The translations under genes and the position numbers were made by a program. This document shows, piece after piece, positions 33,032-43,020 of a stretch of 64,000 nt of DNA. Below the pieces are notes generated by a model. It was not told where the DNA came from. It was given only the letters and a program-made list of their open reading frames with translations, and ran no database searches. Location: NCBI GenBank assembly GCA_044229845.1, contig JBGASG010000004.1, forward strand, positions 128,001-192,000, in the 5' to 3' direction. The number at the start of each line of letters is the position of its first letter. The first letter of the stretch is position 1. The stretch comes from Candidatus Obscuribacteraceae bacterium. GTDB lineage: Bacteria > Cyanobacteriota > Vampirovibrionia > Obscuribacterales > Obscuribacteraceae.

Positions 33032-35008
33032 TTGATGCCTTCTCTAGGAAACATTTCCAGCGAATCCGTGACTGATACAGCCCCCCGCTCACCCGGAAAG
33101 ACGCTGACCCCCCTCGACCGTGCGGACCAGCCCGATAGCGTGCCGCACCACTGGTGGCGGCGTGTCGCCTGGTTGCGCATCCTGCAAGTGGTGCTGGATG
33201 CCCTGCTGGTCGCGGCGGCCCTGTCCGGCGCTTTCCTGATTAGATTTGATGGCTCGCTGCATACCGCCTACACGCGCCAGCTCCTGTATTTCCTGCCGGC
33301 ATTCGTGGCGCTGCGCCTGATTACCAATTATTTCTGCGGTGTGTACCGCCGCCTCTGGCGCTACACCGGACTGGCGGAGACTGTCGAACTGGCAGTCTCG
33401 GTTTTGATCGTCACCACTTTGTTTGTCATCGCTCGCGCCCTGGGCTGGCTCAATTTCGACGGACGACAATTATCCTGGGGCATCTTGCTGACTGAACCGG
33501 GCGTCACGTTTCTTCTCCTGTCGGGCGCCCGCGTCTTGCGCCGCCTGCAGACCGAACACAATCAGCGCCGGCACTGGCGCCAGCCGGTACGCAGCCGCGC
33601 ATTGATCGTCGGCGCCGGGGACGCCGGACAGATGGTGGCGCGCGAAATCATGCAGCGCCCCGATGTCGGCATCGATGTCGTGGGCTTGATCGACGATGAT
33701 CCGCAAAAGACCCAGAAACGCATCGGGCACCTCACCGTATTCGGTACCACGAAAGAACTGGCAAAACTGTCCGAAGACTTCTTCATCGATCAGGTGATCA
33801 TCGCCATGCCGTCGGCACCGCCGGCGGAAATTCGCCGCATCCTGGATATTTGCCGCATCTGCGAAGTGCAAGCTCGCATCTTGCCGGGGCTGTTCGAATT
33901 GATCGACGGACGCGTCAGCGTCAACCAGCTGCGCGAAGTATCGCTCGCCGACTTGCTCGGCCGTGAAGCGGTAGACATGGACAGCGCTTCCATTGCCGGC
34001 TACGTTGAGAAACGGACAGTGCTGATCACCGGCGCCGGCGGCTCGATCGGCAGCGAACTGTGCCGCCAGATTATGCGCTTTCAGCCGCACGAATTGATTT
34101 TGCTCGGTCGCGGCGAAAACAGCATCTTCACGATCATGGAAGAGCTGAAACGCAGCGTCGAACCGGTAAAGCTGACACCAGTCATTGCCGATGTGCGCGA
34201 CTACGATCGGTTGTTGTATTTGTTTGAAAAACACAAACCGCAAGTCGTCTTCCATGCCGCAGCACACAAGCATGTCCCCCTGATGGAAGCCAATCCCAGT
34301 GAGGCTGTCAGCAACAACATCGGCGGCACACAGAACATCGCCAACCTGGCTGATCAATTTGGTGTAGAGACTTTCGTTCTCGTCTCCAGCGATAAGGCCG
34401 TCAATCCCACCTCGGTCATGGGCGCCACCAAGCGCATTGCGGAACTGGTGATTCAAGATCTGGCGAAACGCTCGCGCACCAAATTCGTAGCAGTGCGCTT
34501 CGGAAATGTGCTGGACAGCCGAGGTTCCGTGCTGCCAATCTGGCGCCAGCAGATCGCTGCCGGCGGACCGGTGACCGTCACCCACCCAGACGTCACCCGC
34601 TACTTCATGATCATTCCGGAAGCGGTACAACTGATTATCCAGGCCGGCGCCACCGGCATGAGCGGCAACATCTTCGTACTGGATATGGGCAAACCGATTC
34701 GCATCGTCGACCTGGCTCATGACCTGATCAAACTGTCGGGGCTGACGCCTGGCGAAGACATTGAAGTGGAATTCGTCGGTCTGCGTCCAGGCGAGAAACT
34801 GCACGAAGAGCTGCTCACCGCCGAGGAAGGTCTGACCAAGACTACATACAAAAAAATCTTCGTGGGCGCCCCGCAATCGATAGATTCGGCGTGGCTGACC
34901 AGCGAGTTGCGCGGGTTGTTTACAGCCGCCGATAACGAAGATGAGAAGAGCGTCCGCACCTGCCTGGGCAGTATGGTGGGCGGAAACCTGGCAAAGAAGC
35001 TAACATAA
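33032..35008 (+). CDS. membrane-anchored nucleoside-diphosphate sugar 4,6-dehydratase (CapD/PglF/WbpM family)
   Basis: N-terminal TMs, IVGAGDAG, TGAGGSIGSELCRQ, HAAAHKHVP, SSDKAVNPTSVMGATKR, GLRPGEKLHEEL. Confidence 0.93.
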   Translation: MMPSLGNISSESVTDTAPRSPGKTLTPLDRADQPDSVPHHWWRRVAWLRILQVVLDALLVAAALSGAFLIRFDGSLHTAYTRQLLYFLPAFVALRLITNYFCGVYRRLWRYTGLAETVELAVSVLIVTTLFVIARALGWLNFDGRQLSWGILLTEPGVTFLLLSGARVLRRLQTEHNQRRHWRQPVRSRALIVGAGDAGQMVAREIMQRPDVGIDVVGLIDDDPQKTQKRIGHLTVFGTTKELAKLSEDFFIDQVIIAMPSAPPAEIRRILDICRICEVQARILPGLFELIDGRVSVNQLREVSLADLLGREAVDMDSASIAGYVEKRTVLITGAGGSIGSELCRQIMRFQPHELILLGRGENSIFTIMEELKRSVEPVKLTPVIADVRDYDRLLYLFEKHKPQVVFHAAAHKHVPLMEANPSEAVSNNIGGTQNIANLADQFGVETFVLVSSDKAVNPTSVMGATKRIAELVIQDLAKRSRTKFVAVRFGNVLDSRGSVLPIWRQQIAAGGPVTVTHPDVTRYFMIIPEAVQLIIQAGATGMSGNIFVLDMGKPIRIVDLAHDLIKLSGLTPGEDIEVEFVGLRPGEKLHEELLTAEEGLTKTTYKKIFVGAPQSIDSAWLTSELRGLFTAADNEDEKSVRTCLGSMVGGNLAKKLT

Positions 35009-35064
35009 TTGATTGCGCAAGTGCAGAGGGGGTCCTCGAATCTCCTTAGGGCAAATCAACAGAA

Positions 35065-35931
35065 GTGTTGAAATCAAGAGGAGCGCTGGATTTGATTTCC
35101 GCTCAGTTGTCTCAGAAAGAAGAGTCGTTGGTCGCGCGCCTGAAAGCGCTCGACAGCGTTATTGTTGCTTACTCCGGTGGTGTCGATAGTTCGCTTCTGG
35201 CATATTACGCGCGGCGCGTTTTGCAGGATGCCGCCTTGATTGTCATCGCTGTGTCTCCCAGCCTCGCGCAAGACGAGCTGTCGGCGGCGCGCGCGCAAGC
35301 CGAGGCGTTCTCCTTCAATCTTCTGGAGATAGAAACCAACGAACTCGACAAAGACGAATACGCCCGCAACGATGCCATGCGCTGCTACGTATGCAAAGGA
35401 ACTCTTTTTGAATCTCTGCAGAAACTGGCGGCCGAGCGCGGAATGCGTCACATCGCCTACGGAGCCAACGTGAATGACTTGTCGGATTTTCGCCCCGGTC
35501 AAAAAGCCGCCCGCGAGTTTTCCGTCGTCAGCCCTCTCTTAGATGCCGGACTGGGCAAGGAAGAGATTCGTCAATTAGCTTATCAAGCCGGTCTGCCGTC
35601 ATGGGACCGTCCGCAGGCAGCTTGTCTTTCTTCGCGTTTCCCGACATTTGAAAAAGTCACCATCGAAGGATTGTCGCAAGTAGATCGCGCGGAGGCGTTT
35701 CTTCACTCGCTTGGCTTCAAGCAAATACGCGTGCGCCACCACGGCGACATCGCCCGCATCGAGATTGATGAGCCTGAGCTGGAGGCATTTTTGAGCGACA
35801 CAGCGCTTTTGTCACGCATCTCGGCGCGACTCAAAGAATTTGGCTATCGCTACGTGACGGTCGACCTGGAACCTTATCGACAGGGTTCTTCCAATCGCCT
35901 CACGGCTGCGGTTGCGGAAGCGGAGAGCTGA
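35065..35931 (+). CDS. larE: ATP-dependent sulfur transferase LarE (PP-loop; nickel-pincer cofactor biosynthesis)
   Basis: AYSGGVDS, RCYVCK, DFRPG, ACLSSRF, RVRHHGDIARIE. Confidence 0.92.
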   Translation: MLKSRGALDLISAQLSQKEESLVARLKALDSVIVAYSGGVDSSLLAYYARRVLQDAALIVIAVSPSLAQDELSAARAQAEAFSFNLLEIETNELDKDEYARNDAMRCYVCKGTLFESLQKLAAERGMRHIAYGANVNDLSDFRPGQKAAREFSVVSPLLDAGLGKEEIRQLAYQAGLPSWDRPQAACLSSRFPTFEKVTIEGLSQVDRAEAFLHSLGFKQIRVRHHGDIARIEIDEPELEAFLSDTALLSRISARLKEFGYRYVTVDLEPYRQGSSNRLTAAVAEAES

Positions 35932-35938
35932 GCGAAAG

Positions 35939-36715
35939 ATGGATGCAGAGCGACTGGCAGCGATACTGAATGCGGTGGCACGAGGAGAAGCCACCGTCGA
36001 AGCCGCCATGGAGCAGCTAAAGTCATTGCCCTTCGAAAATCTTGGGTTCGCAAACATAGATCTGCATCGCACATTGCGCCAGGGAATGCCTGAGGTGATC
36101 TTTTGCCCCGGCAAACAGATCGAACAAATCATCGCCATCGCCAATCAGTTGCGCAAGCATCACGCGCTGGTGATCGCCACTCGCGCCGATCAAGAAGTGG
36201 CGGAGCGAATACTGGAGCTGGACCAGGCAGCGGAATATGATGCCTCGGCGCGCGTATTATACTGGGGCACCATCCCCGGTGCCGACCCGCAGTTACCGAC
36301 CGTGGCAGTTGTCACCGCCGGTACTGCCGACCTGCCCGTCGCCGATGAAGCGGCATTTGTGCTCTCCACCCTGCGGGTGCCGGTGGTGCGTCTGAATGAT
36401 GTGGGCGTGGCGGGTATCCACAGACTGCTGAACCAGTTCGACCGGATACGTCACGCGCAAGTGACGATCGTGGTCGCCGGCATGGATGGCGCTTTGCCTA
36501 GCGTCGTCGCAGGAATGGCTGCCGGGCCGGTGATTGCCGTACCGACTTCAGTTGGTTATGGCGCCGCCTTTGAAGGACTGGCAGCCCTGCTCACCATGTT
36601 GAACTCGTGCGCGGCCGGCGTCACTGTGGTCAACATCGATAACGGATTCGGGGCCGCCGTTGCAGCCCATCGACTGATCAGCACCTTGCCGATTGTTGGC
36701 TATCGAGTACAATAG
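35939..36715 (+). CDS. larB: nickel-pincer cofactor biosynthesis carboxylase LarB (PurE-like)
   Basis: DLHRTLRQGMPEVIFCPGK, TAGTADLPVA, DVGVAGIHRL, AGMDGALPSVV, PTSVGYG, NIDNGFGAA. Confidence 0.94.
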   Translation: MDAERLAAILNAVARGEATVEAAMEQLKSLPFENLGFANIDLHRTLRQGMPEVIFCPGKQIEQIIAIANQLRKHHALVIATRADQEVAERILELDQAAEYDASARVLYWGTIPGADPQLPTVAVVTAGTADLPVADEAAFVLSTLRVPVVRLNDVGVAGIHRLLNQFDRIRHAQVTIVVAGMDGALPSVVAGMAAGPVIAVPTSVGYGAAFEGLAALLTMLNSCAAGVTVVNIDNGFGAAVAAHRLISTLPIVGYRVQ

Positions 36716-36719
36716 CCCA

Positions 36720-37289
36720 ATGAATGTTGTTACCGGCTTCGTGATTGGTATTGCCATCCTGGCTTTGGTCATCGCCTTCGTCATCTCACGAATGCTCAAA
36801 CAATATGATGTCCTGCTCGGCGCCGAGAATATCGCTGACATGTCGAGGGCGCTGATTGAGTTAAAGCGTCTGTCCAACGGCGATCAATTGCTTTCCGAAA
36901 CACCCACCGACGTGCCCACGACACTGCGCGCGCTGACCGGTGTCGGCATGCGAGTGATCTATACAGTGGTGGCAAATCAGAGAATCTATCATCATCACAT
37001 CTCACTGTCCTATTCCGGACAGCCGATTGCACACAGCGCCGGCATGACGCTCGCTTCGTGGATCGCCTATACCCTCGATGTGCCGACTGAAAAAGTCTCC
37101 GTACCGGTCAACATGGGCAACGGGTCAGTGCGGCATATTCAGTTTCAGCTCGACGAAGCAGCACAAAGTACATTTGTTGCACGCCCCGTGAAAGTCGTGA
37201 AGAAACCCGACGTCACGCCAGACCTGTGGAAACAAGTCATGTCCAATCGCAAAGCGATCGAAACAAATTCACTCGCGGTCGGGAATTGA
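36720..37289 (+). CDS. hypothetical protein with N-terminal TM anchor
   Basis: ORF directly after larB; hydrophobic N-terminus. Confidence 0.65.
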   Translation: MNVVTGFVIGIAILALVIAFVISRMLKQYDVLLGAENIADMSRALIELKRLSNGDQLLSETPTDVPTTLRALTGVGMRVIYTVVANQRIYHHHISLSYSGQPIAHSAGMTLASWIAYTLDVPTEKVSVPVNMGNGSVRHIQFQLDEAAQSTFVARPVKVVKKPDVTPDLWKQVMSNRKAIETNSLAVGN

Positions 37290-37344
37290 GTAGCCGCGCT
37301 GCCATAGGTTGGCGAAGCGACATCCGAACCCGGTACCAAGGAAG

Positions 37345-40300
37345 TTACTGCGGCAAGGCTGCCGCTCGACGGGTCAACTCTTCATCCAGACGATCTACTG
37401 TTTTCTGAGTCAACCAAGGTCGGACTATCTTGGCAAATTTTTGCGCGTCGCTGGTTGAAAGATCGCGAATGTAGTACGCGATGAAATCTTCATGATCGAT
37501 CTGCTTTCCCCCGGCTCTCAGAAATTCATTCTGATACGCCAGTGCTCGATCGAGGGGATCTTTGGACCTCAGAAGTCCAAAGAGAGTTTCGCTTAGGGGC
37601 TTTCCTTGAGACAGACTCTCTCTAACAGACGCGGCATATGTGGATAGCAGCTTTTGGAAATGAGCATCGACAGCCTGCGATTGGGCTGGATGTGACCAAC
37701 GCAATTGTTGGATCAGGTCGGCCAGACTGGTCAATACTTTGTCGTTAGCTTCCCCGCCAGCCTTAACACCAGCTTGAAATAACAGGAAAGCGCGTTCCTT
37801 GTCCGCGGCGTTCAATGCAGCCTCGAAAAATGCCTGCCCCTGTCCCTGAAATCCTTTATGCTGCAAGGCGTGCTGCAACACCTGGTCAGCTTGTGGCGTC
37901 GACAGCCCTCGCAGCGCGTCTTGGAGGGACTGCCCATTAATTGCCCCTCGCGAAGCCACAAAGTCGAGCAGCGCTATTCGCGCTTCCGGTGTAGGAATCT
38001 GCGCGAACCAGGATCTGACGACGCGAACGTCGGACGCATCTTTAACGATTGTCGGATTGAGGCTGACTTCCCGCAACAGATTCAATGTCGCCGCGCTTTG
38101 ATCTTGCTTGACCAGATAAGACAGCGCTTCCAGGGCAACTTTCTGATCACCGGTCTTAACACTTGATTCGACCAATTGGCGCGTGCGATCGGCAGGCAAG
38201 ATGCTATCAGCCACGGCCCGCCCCGATGGTGTCTCGCGCAGTTGTTGTAAGAATCTCAAGTGATTGACGATCTGCTCTTGCTGAGAGCCTGATGCGATGT
38301 CTTTCTCAAGTTGACGCCTGTAGACAGGCAAAATTTCCTTCTCCACGTAGGCGATTCGCTGTCGCAGTACTTCGGCAGTTACTCCCAACTTTGCAGGATC
38401 GGCTGTGTCCAGAACGCGCTTGAGGAAGGCGGCCGCCGCAATCGAGCGAGCCGGCGCATTGTGCACAAGCAGAGAAAATTCCTCGGCGCTACCACGCAAG
38501 AACTGCTCTCCGAAGTGCACGGCCCAGTTCTCGCCCACATCTTTGGTTGCGTACTCGCGAGCATAGAATCCGTTTCGTTCGACCCTTGCCGCCTGCTCGA
38601 AGGCAGCAAATTCTTCGGTAAATTTGAATTGCAGTGTATGGGCATTCTCGTGTTGCAAAACAAAGAGTAGCTGATCTGCTTTCGTGCCTCCGAAAAAGCG
38701 AATTTCAAATTGGGTGGACGCGTCAGCCAATACTCCATATGAGCCCTGCGGCTTGATTTTTTCCTCGGTTAGCTGAATGCGTTTTATTGCAGAGTCGCGG
38801 CTGGGTAGAAACGGCAGCGACTGCAAGACTTGTTCCGGCAATACAGCGTCACGCAATGGGTGTTTGCTGAGCGTCTCTTGAGCGATTCGAGCGGCCTGCG
38901 CCTTGACCGGATCCGTTGCATTGACTTCGGCCGCAGCCAAGCGCAGTTGCCTAATCTCATCCAGCTTAGCAGCGTAAGCCTTGTCGATCACAAACTCAAG
39001 ATCCGAGCCGCGCACCTTGTAAATCAGAACATCGCGCTCTTCAGTTGGAATTCGCTCGTTCTCTTTAAGCGGCGGGCGGCGAGCGTCAGAAATGGGTAAC
39101 TGAGCTTTGTCGGCGCGCGGTGGCTCTAGCAGCCTGTCCAGTTCAGGTTGATTGAGAGCGTTGCGCGGGCGAGTTTCATCAAATCCGAAGCGCCGCAAAA
39201 ACTCCTCTCCTTTTTGCCGCGCCACATTTGGGTCTAACCCCGCCTTCCTGACTATGCTATCGAGCGTTGTCCCTTCCAGATCACCAGGTACTTTCGATCG
39301 CAGAAACGGCAACGCGCCAGCTGTAAAGACGCCACCAAGAATAAAGGCGGTCAGGGCTCGTGAGAGTGTCTCGGCTGTGGGCTTGCCATCCAGTACTGAC
39401 TCCAATGCCTGAATCAAACTGTTGGACCCTCCGCCTATCAACGAGGAAGGTAAGAGTTCGTTCTTGATGAAATCGCGCACCAATCGGCTGCCGTGCTCTG
39501 CCAGTCCTTTTTCGACTGCCGACTTTAACGCGGCTTCCTGACCCGGCTTTGCGAAGGCCGCAACAAAACGCTCGAACTCCGCCTGATGGATTTTGCCACC
39601 ATTCTCGAATGAGTTTCTGACCAGCCTCGAAAGCTCAACCGCGAAAGCTCCCTGCCGCTCTTCAGGAACCAGACTCTTAGCCAGTTTTGCTGTGGTAAGG
39701 GCTGTCTGATCGCCGAGCTGCAGCAGCCTGGTCAGGTGCTCAGGTCTGAGGAAGTTGAGAGCCGCGAGCGACCCGCCCAGAAGCGCATCTCGCAATATAC
39801 GCTGATCGTAGTCCTGCCCCAGGAGCAGCGCCTTACCAATTGGACGAGCCTCGGCTGCCGCCAGAATGGCAATGGCTCTGAAGGCCAGGTGCACTCCCGG
39901 ACTGCCGGCGGGCAGGGTGGCCAGAGTAATTGCCAGGTCTACAACCAGGTCGGCTGTGGCAGTCTTGGAGTCGATAAATAATCTTAGAGCGTTCTGAGTA
40001 TTCTCTATGAGCCGCTGCTGTTCTTGAAGAGGCAACTCGGCAAAACGCTTTGATGCTTCTGCCAAACGAGCGGCGTGTTCTTGATGCGCATTATCAGCAA
40101 GCACACCCGTGCCGGTAAACAGAGCAGCGAATTCAGCAAACCAACCTCCTCGACTCTGATAATACTCGCGCAAACTTTGATCGAAAGCCTGTCTTTGATC
40201 GCGCGGTATTTCTTTGCCCAGGCGCCCAAGCTCAAAAGCATCTCCCTTGGAGAAAGTCGATTCTAGTGAGTGCTCAAATGAGCCGTAGTTTCTCTCGTAT

Positions 40301-42501
40301 CGATCTTTGAGAGCCGGGCGCAGCCCCGGTGGTAATTCGTCGAAAGCAGCTTTTACAGAAGCTTTGTCCTTCGCCGCGATCGCCAGGCGCAAACGATCAG
40401 CAGGGTCTAAAAAACCATTTTCAGCCGTCCGCAGTGCAATGGTTCTCTCTTCGGGGGACCAATAGCCTATGATGCGCTTTTGCAAGTCGCCGTCGCCAAG
40501 AAACTTTTGCCGTTCTTCGGGACTAGCATTAGCAATCTGCCTGGCAAAAGCAATGCGATCATAAGTGCCAAGACTTGCCTGCTGCGCAAGCGGCAAGCTG
40601 CCTTTCTCCAGAAGCGGCTTGACGTAAGCCTCAAATAAGTCAACTTTGCCATCGACCGCTTTTATTGGCTGCGGTCGATCGATTTGATTGAACAAATCTT
40701 TTGAAACCTTAGGAAAAGCCTGGCTTAGAGCCTCTTGCAGCCGACTATCTTCCGGACGCGGATTGAGTATGCGATCCTTCAGGTTCGGATCTTTTCTGAT
40801 TGCCTCTTGAATGTCTTGCAACAGTTGTCTGACTCGTTGCGGGTCGGTAGCAAACGTGCGAGACTCGGCCGCGAGAAGCAGTTTATCCGTCAAAGGAAGT
40901 TCAGGTTTACGCCCTTCGGCAGCCTGCTGCAAAAGGCTGCGCGCCGCGTCTTTGCCCACATCGCTGCGTACGAGAGAGAGTATGGTTTCATCTACTTCTT
41001 TTCTGTATTTCTCGTCGCGGGCATGTCTTTCCAGCGAACCTTTATCTATGCCCTCCAGCAGCCGCAAAACTCGCTCGTCGTCAGGAATACCGCGTTGTCC
41101 TTCTTGCTTCAAGTTGAACAAGAATCTACCTGAGGCAACAATCGACTGTTCGAAACTTCTCACCTCGGGAGCAAATTTTTGGTCCAGGATTCTCTCACTG
41201 CGGGACAGCGCATCACCAGATTGCAAAGTGCGCAGAAGCTCGCGCACGCGCTCCAAGTAGGAGGGATCTGATTTTGCTCTTTCCCAATCAGCGCGACTGA
41301 TGTTTTGTAGATCGCTTTGGATAGCCGTCTCGCTGCCGTTGCGAAAAACACCGCGCTGCTGAGCCAGCTTGGCGATCAACTCGCTGCCACCATCATTGAT
41401 GTAGTCAAGCCACTTGATCGCTTCCGTAGGGTTGGTGGCATCGGTCAGGACTTTTTTGGCGTCGTCGTATTCTTTCAAAGACTGCAGTTGGCTGGGATTC
41501 AGTTCGCCAGGATTGCCGCCCTTGTCGAGCCATTGCCTGAGCCTCTCTCCTTCCCCGATAGCCAGCCTGCGATCGGCTGGCAGTTGATCGATGGTCTGCT
41601 TTATCGCAGCTTCGCCGGTGGAGACAAGACCAATTTGCTCCTTGAGGAGCGTTTTAAAGGACAAGCGTCCGGTTTGCAGCAACTCTTGAGCCAGGCGCGA
41701 CTCGCGCGTCGGATCGTAAGAGACCTCGCCTGTGATTCTGTCCACAGACGGCTGCCCGAAAGTCTTGGTAATCTCGGCCGGACTGAGCTCCTTTTGCAAG
41801 CGCTGGCGTCCCGCTTCACTCGCCGTGCGTAACGCCCGCTCGAAAAGATGGAAGTTTCGCTCCGTCAGGGCAGCGCGAGCCAGATCTATATCATCTTGAG
41901 GAGTCCGCTGATCGGTGCCCTTCAGAAAGATGCCCAGCGCCTTTTGCTCCGCCTCTGACAGGCGCCCATGTTTGGCGAGCCGATCGAGAAGATTGGTGCC
42001 ATCGGTTTGCTGTGTTAGTAACTTGAGTTCGCGGATTTGATCGGAGTTGAGCGTCGACAGCGTATCGGTCAATTCCTTGAATGTGGTGCCCGGCTTCAAG
42101 AGACTCTCATTCAGTTCACGCAATAGACGCTCCACCCGATGCGCGTCGAATCTCAGATCTGCACTTCTGGGTTGTCTATCGGGAGCAGGCACCTCCGAAT
42201 TAGAGCCGCTGATTGCGTTTCGTTCTCCAACCAGGGTGACCGGCAGCGTCGGCAGGCGCTCGCCCGCCCTCAACAGATCTGGCTGGCCAAGAAACGCTAC
42301 CTGCGGCAGTGCGTCGCCACTGTCGCGAAGTGTCAGGGAGGGAAAGCCATGTCTGATTGGTTCCGCAGCGGCCAATGCCACCGCCGGCGGCGGCGCCTCG
42401 ACTCGCATATCTACTAAAGGAAAGACTAGTGCGGCTTCTGGCGCCGGTTCCGGCGCGTCCGTCCGCAGGGCGAGTTTAGACTCGGAATCCGATGAATCCA
42501 T
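37345..42501 (-). CDS. 1718-aa hypothetical protein: helical (annexin-like) repeats, central hydrophobic segments, HExxH zinc-metallopeptidase-like domain
   Basis: LQHENAHTL...YATKDVGENWA; hydrophobic VVDLAITLATLPAG, AFILGGVFTAGALPFL; no signal peptide. Confidence 0.7.
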   Translation of the reverse strand: MDSSDSESKLALRTDAPEPAPEAALVFPLVDMRVEAPPPAVALAAAEPIRHGFPSLTLRDSGDALPQVAFLGQPDLLRAGERLPTLPVTLVGERNAISGSNSEVPAPDRQPRSADLRFDAHRVERLLRELNESLLKPGTTFKELTDTLSTLNSDQIRELKLLTQQTDGTNLLDRLAKHGRLSEAEQKALGIFLKGTDQRTPQDDIDLARAALTERNFHLFERALRTASEAGRQRLQKELSPAEITKTFGQPSVDRITGEVSYDPTRESRLAQELLQTGRLSFKTLLKEQIGLVSTGEAAIKQTIDQLPADRRLAIGEGERLRQWLDKGGNPGELNPSQLQSLKEYDDAKKVLTDATNPTEAIKWLDYINDGGSELIAKLAQQRGVFRNGSETAIQSDLQNISRADWERAKSDPSYLERVRELLRTLQSGDALSRSERILDQKFAPEVRSFEQSIVASGRFLFNLKQEGQRGIPDDERVLRLLEGIDKGSLERHARDEKYRKEVDETILSLVRSDVGKDAARSLLQQAAEGRKPELPLTDKLLLAAESRTFATDPQRVRQLLQDIQEAIRKDPNLKDRILNPRPEDSRLQEALSQAFPKVSKDLFNQIDRPQPIKAVDGKVDLFEAYVKPLLEKGSLPLAQQASLGTYDRIAFARQIANASPEERQKFLGDGDLQKRIIGYWSPEERTIALRTAENGFLDPADRLRLAIAAKDKASVKAAFDELPPGLRPALKDRYERNYGSFEHSLESTFSKGDAFELGRLGKEIPRDQRQAFDQSLREYYQSRGGWFAEFAALFTGTGVLADNAHQEHAARLAEASKRFAELPLQEQQRLIENTQNALRLFIDSKTATADLVVDLAITLATLPAGSPGVHLAFRAIAILAAAEARPIGKALLLGQDYDQRILRDALLGGSLAALNFLRPEHLTRLLQLGDQTALTTAKLAKSLVPEERQGAFAVELSRLVRNSFENGGKIHQAEFERFVAAFAKPGQEAALKSAVEKGLAEHGSRLVRDFIKNELLPSSLIGGGSNSLIQALESVLDGKPTAETLSRALTAFILGGVFTAGALPFLRSKVPGDLEGTTLDSIVRKAGLDPNVARQKGEEFLRRFGFDETRPRNALNQPELDRLLEPPRADKAQLPISDARRPPLKENERIPTEERDVLIYKVRGSDLEFVIDKAYAAKLDEIRQLRLAAAEVNATDPVKAQAARIAQETLSKHPLRDAVLPEQVLQSLPFLPSRDSAIKRIQLTEEKIKPQGSYGVLADASTQFEIRFFGGTKADQLLFVLQHENAHTLQFKFTEEFAAFEQAARVERNGFYAREYATKDVGENWAVHFGEQFLRGSAEEFSLLVHNAPARSIAAAAFLKRVLDTADPAKLGVTAEVLRQRIAYVEKEILPVYRRQLEKDIASGSQQEQIVNHLRFLQQLRETPSGRAVADSILPADRTRQLVESSVKTGDQKVALEALSYLVKQDQSAATLNLLREVSLNPTIVKDASDVRVVRSWFAQIPTPEARIALLDFVASRGAINGQSLQDALRGLSTPQADQVLQHALQHKGFQGQGQAFFEAALNAADKERAFLLFQAGVKAGGEANDKVLTSLADLIQQLRWSHPAQSQAVDAHFQKLLSTYAASVRESLSQGKPLSETLFGLLRSKDPLDRALAYQNEFLRAGGKQIDHEDFIAYYIRDLSTSDAQKFAKIVRPWLTQKTVDRLDEELTRRAAALPQ

Positions 42502-42628
42502 GCCTGTTTCACCTGCTCATGCAATTGTTGGGGGCTGAGCATACGGTAGCGAAAACTCCTGGGATTCCCATGGAGCATTCGTGGCAGATTCGTGAAACGT
42601 CAGAGTCTTGGGGACAAGGGTGCGGAAT

Positions 42629-43000
42629 CTATGAACGTTGTTTTTTCTTCAAGAAGACTTCCACTTTCTCGATCGGTCGCCCGAGAATCGCTTTGTCGCC
42701 GCATTCTACGATCGGTCGTTGCATCAAATCAGGATGCTTCACCATCAGCTTGATCAGCTGGTCTTCAGTATGCTTGCCGCTGCCCAGATCCAGTTCTTTG
42801 TAGAGAGCATCTTTGCTGCGCAGCAAATCGCGCGCCGGTAGTTTCATCTTCGCCAGCAGCTCGCGTAGTTTCTTCTCACCGACAGGCTCTACGTAGTAGT
42901 TGATCTTGTCGTAGTCAACGCCACTCTCACGCAGCAATTTATCCATGTTGCGGCAAGTGGAGCAGGTCGGTTTTTCGTAGACAGTGATTCGCTCTGTCAT
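42629..43000 (-). CDS. ArsC/Spx/YffB family protein
   Basis: VYEKPTCSTCR, HPDLMQRPIV, LGRP. Confidence 0.88.
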   Translation of the reverse strand: MTERITVYEKPTCSTCRNMDKLLRESGVDYDKINYYVEPVGEKKLRELLAKMKLPARDLLRSKDALYKELDLGSGKHTEDQLIKLMVKHPDLMQRPIVECGDKAILGRPIEKVEVFLKKKQRS

Positions 43001-43020
43001 GGTGTTGCTGGCATTCCTGG

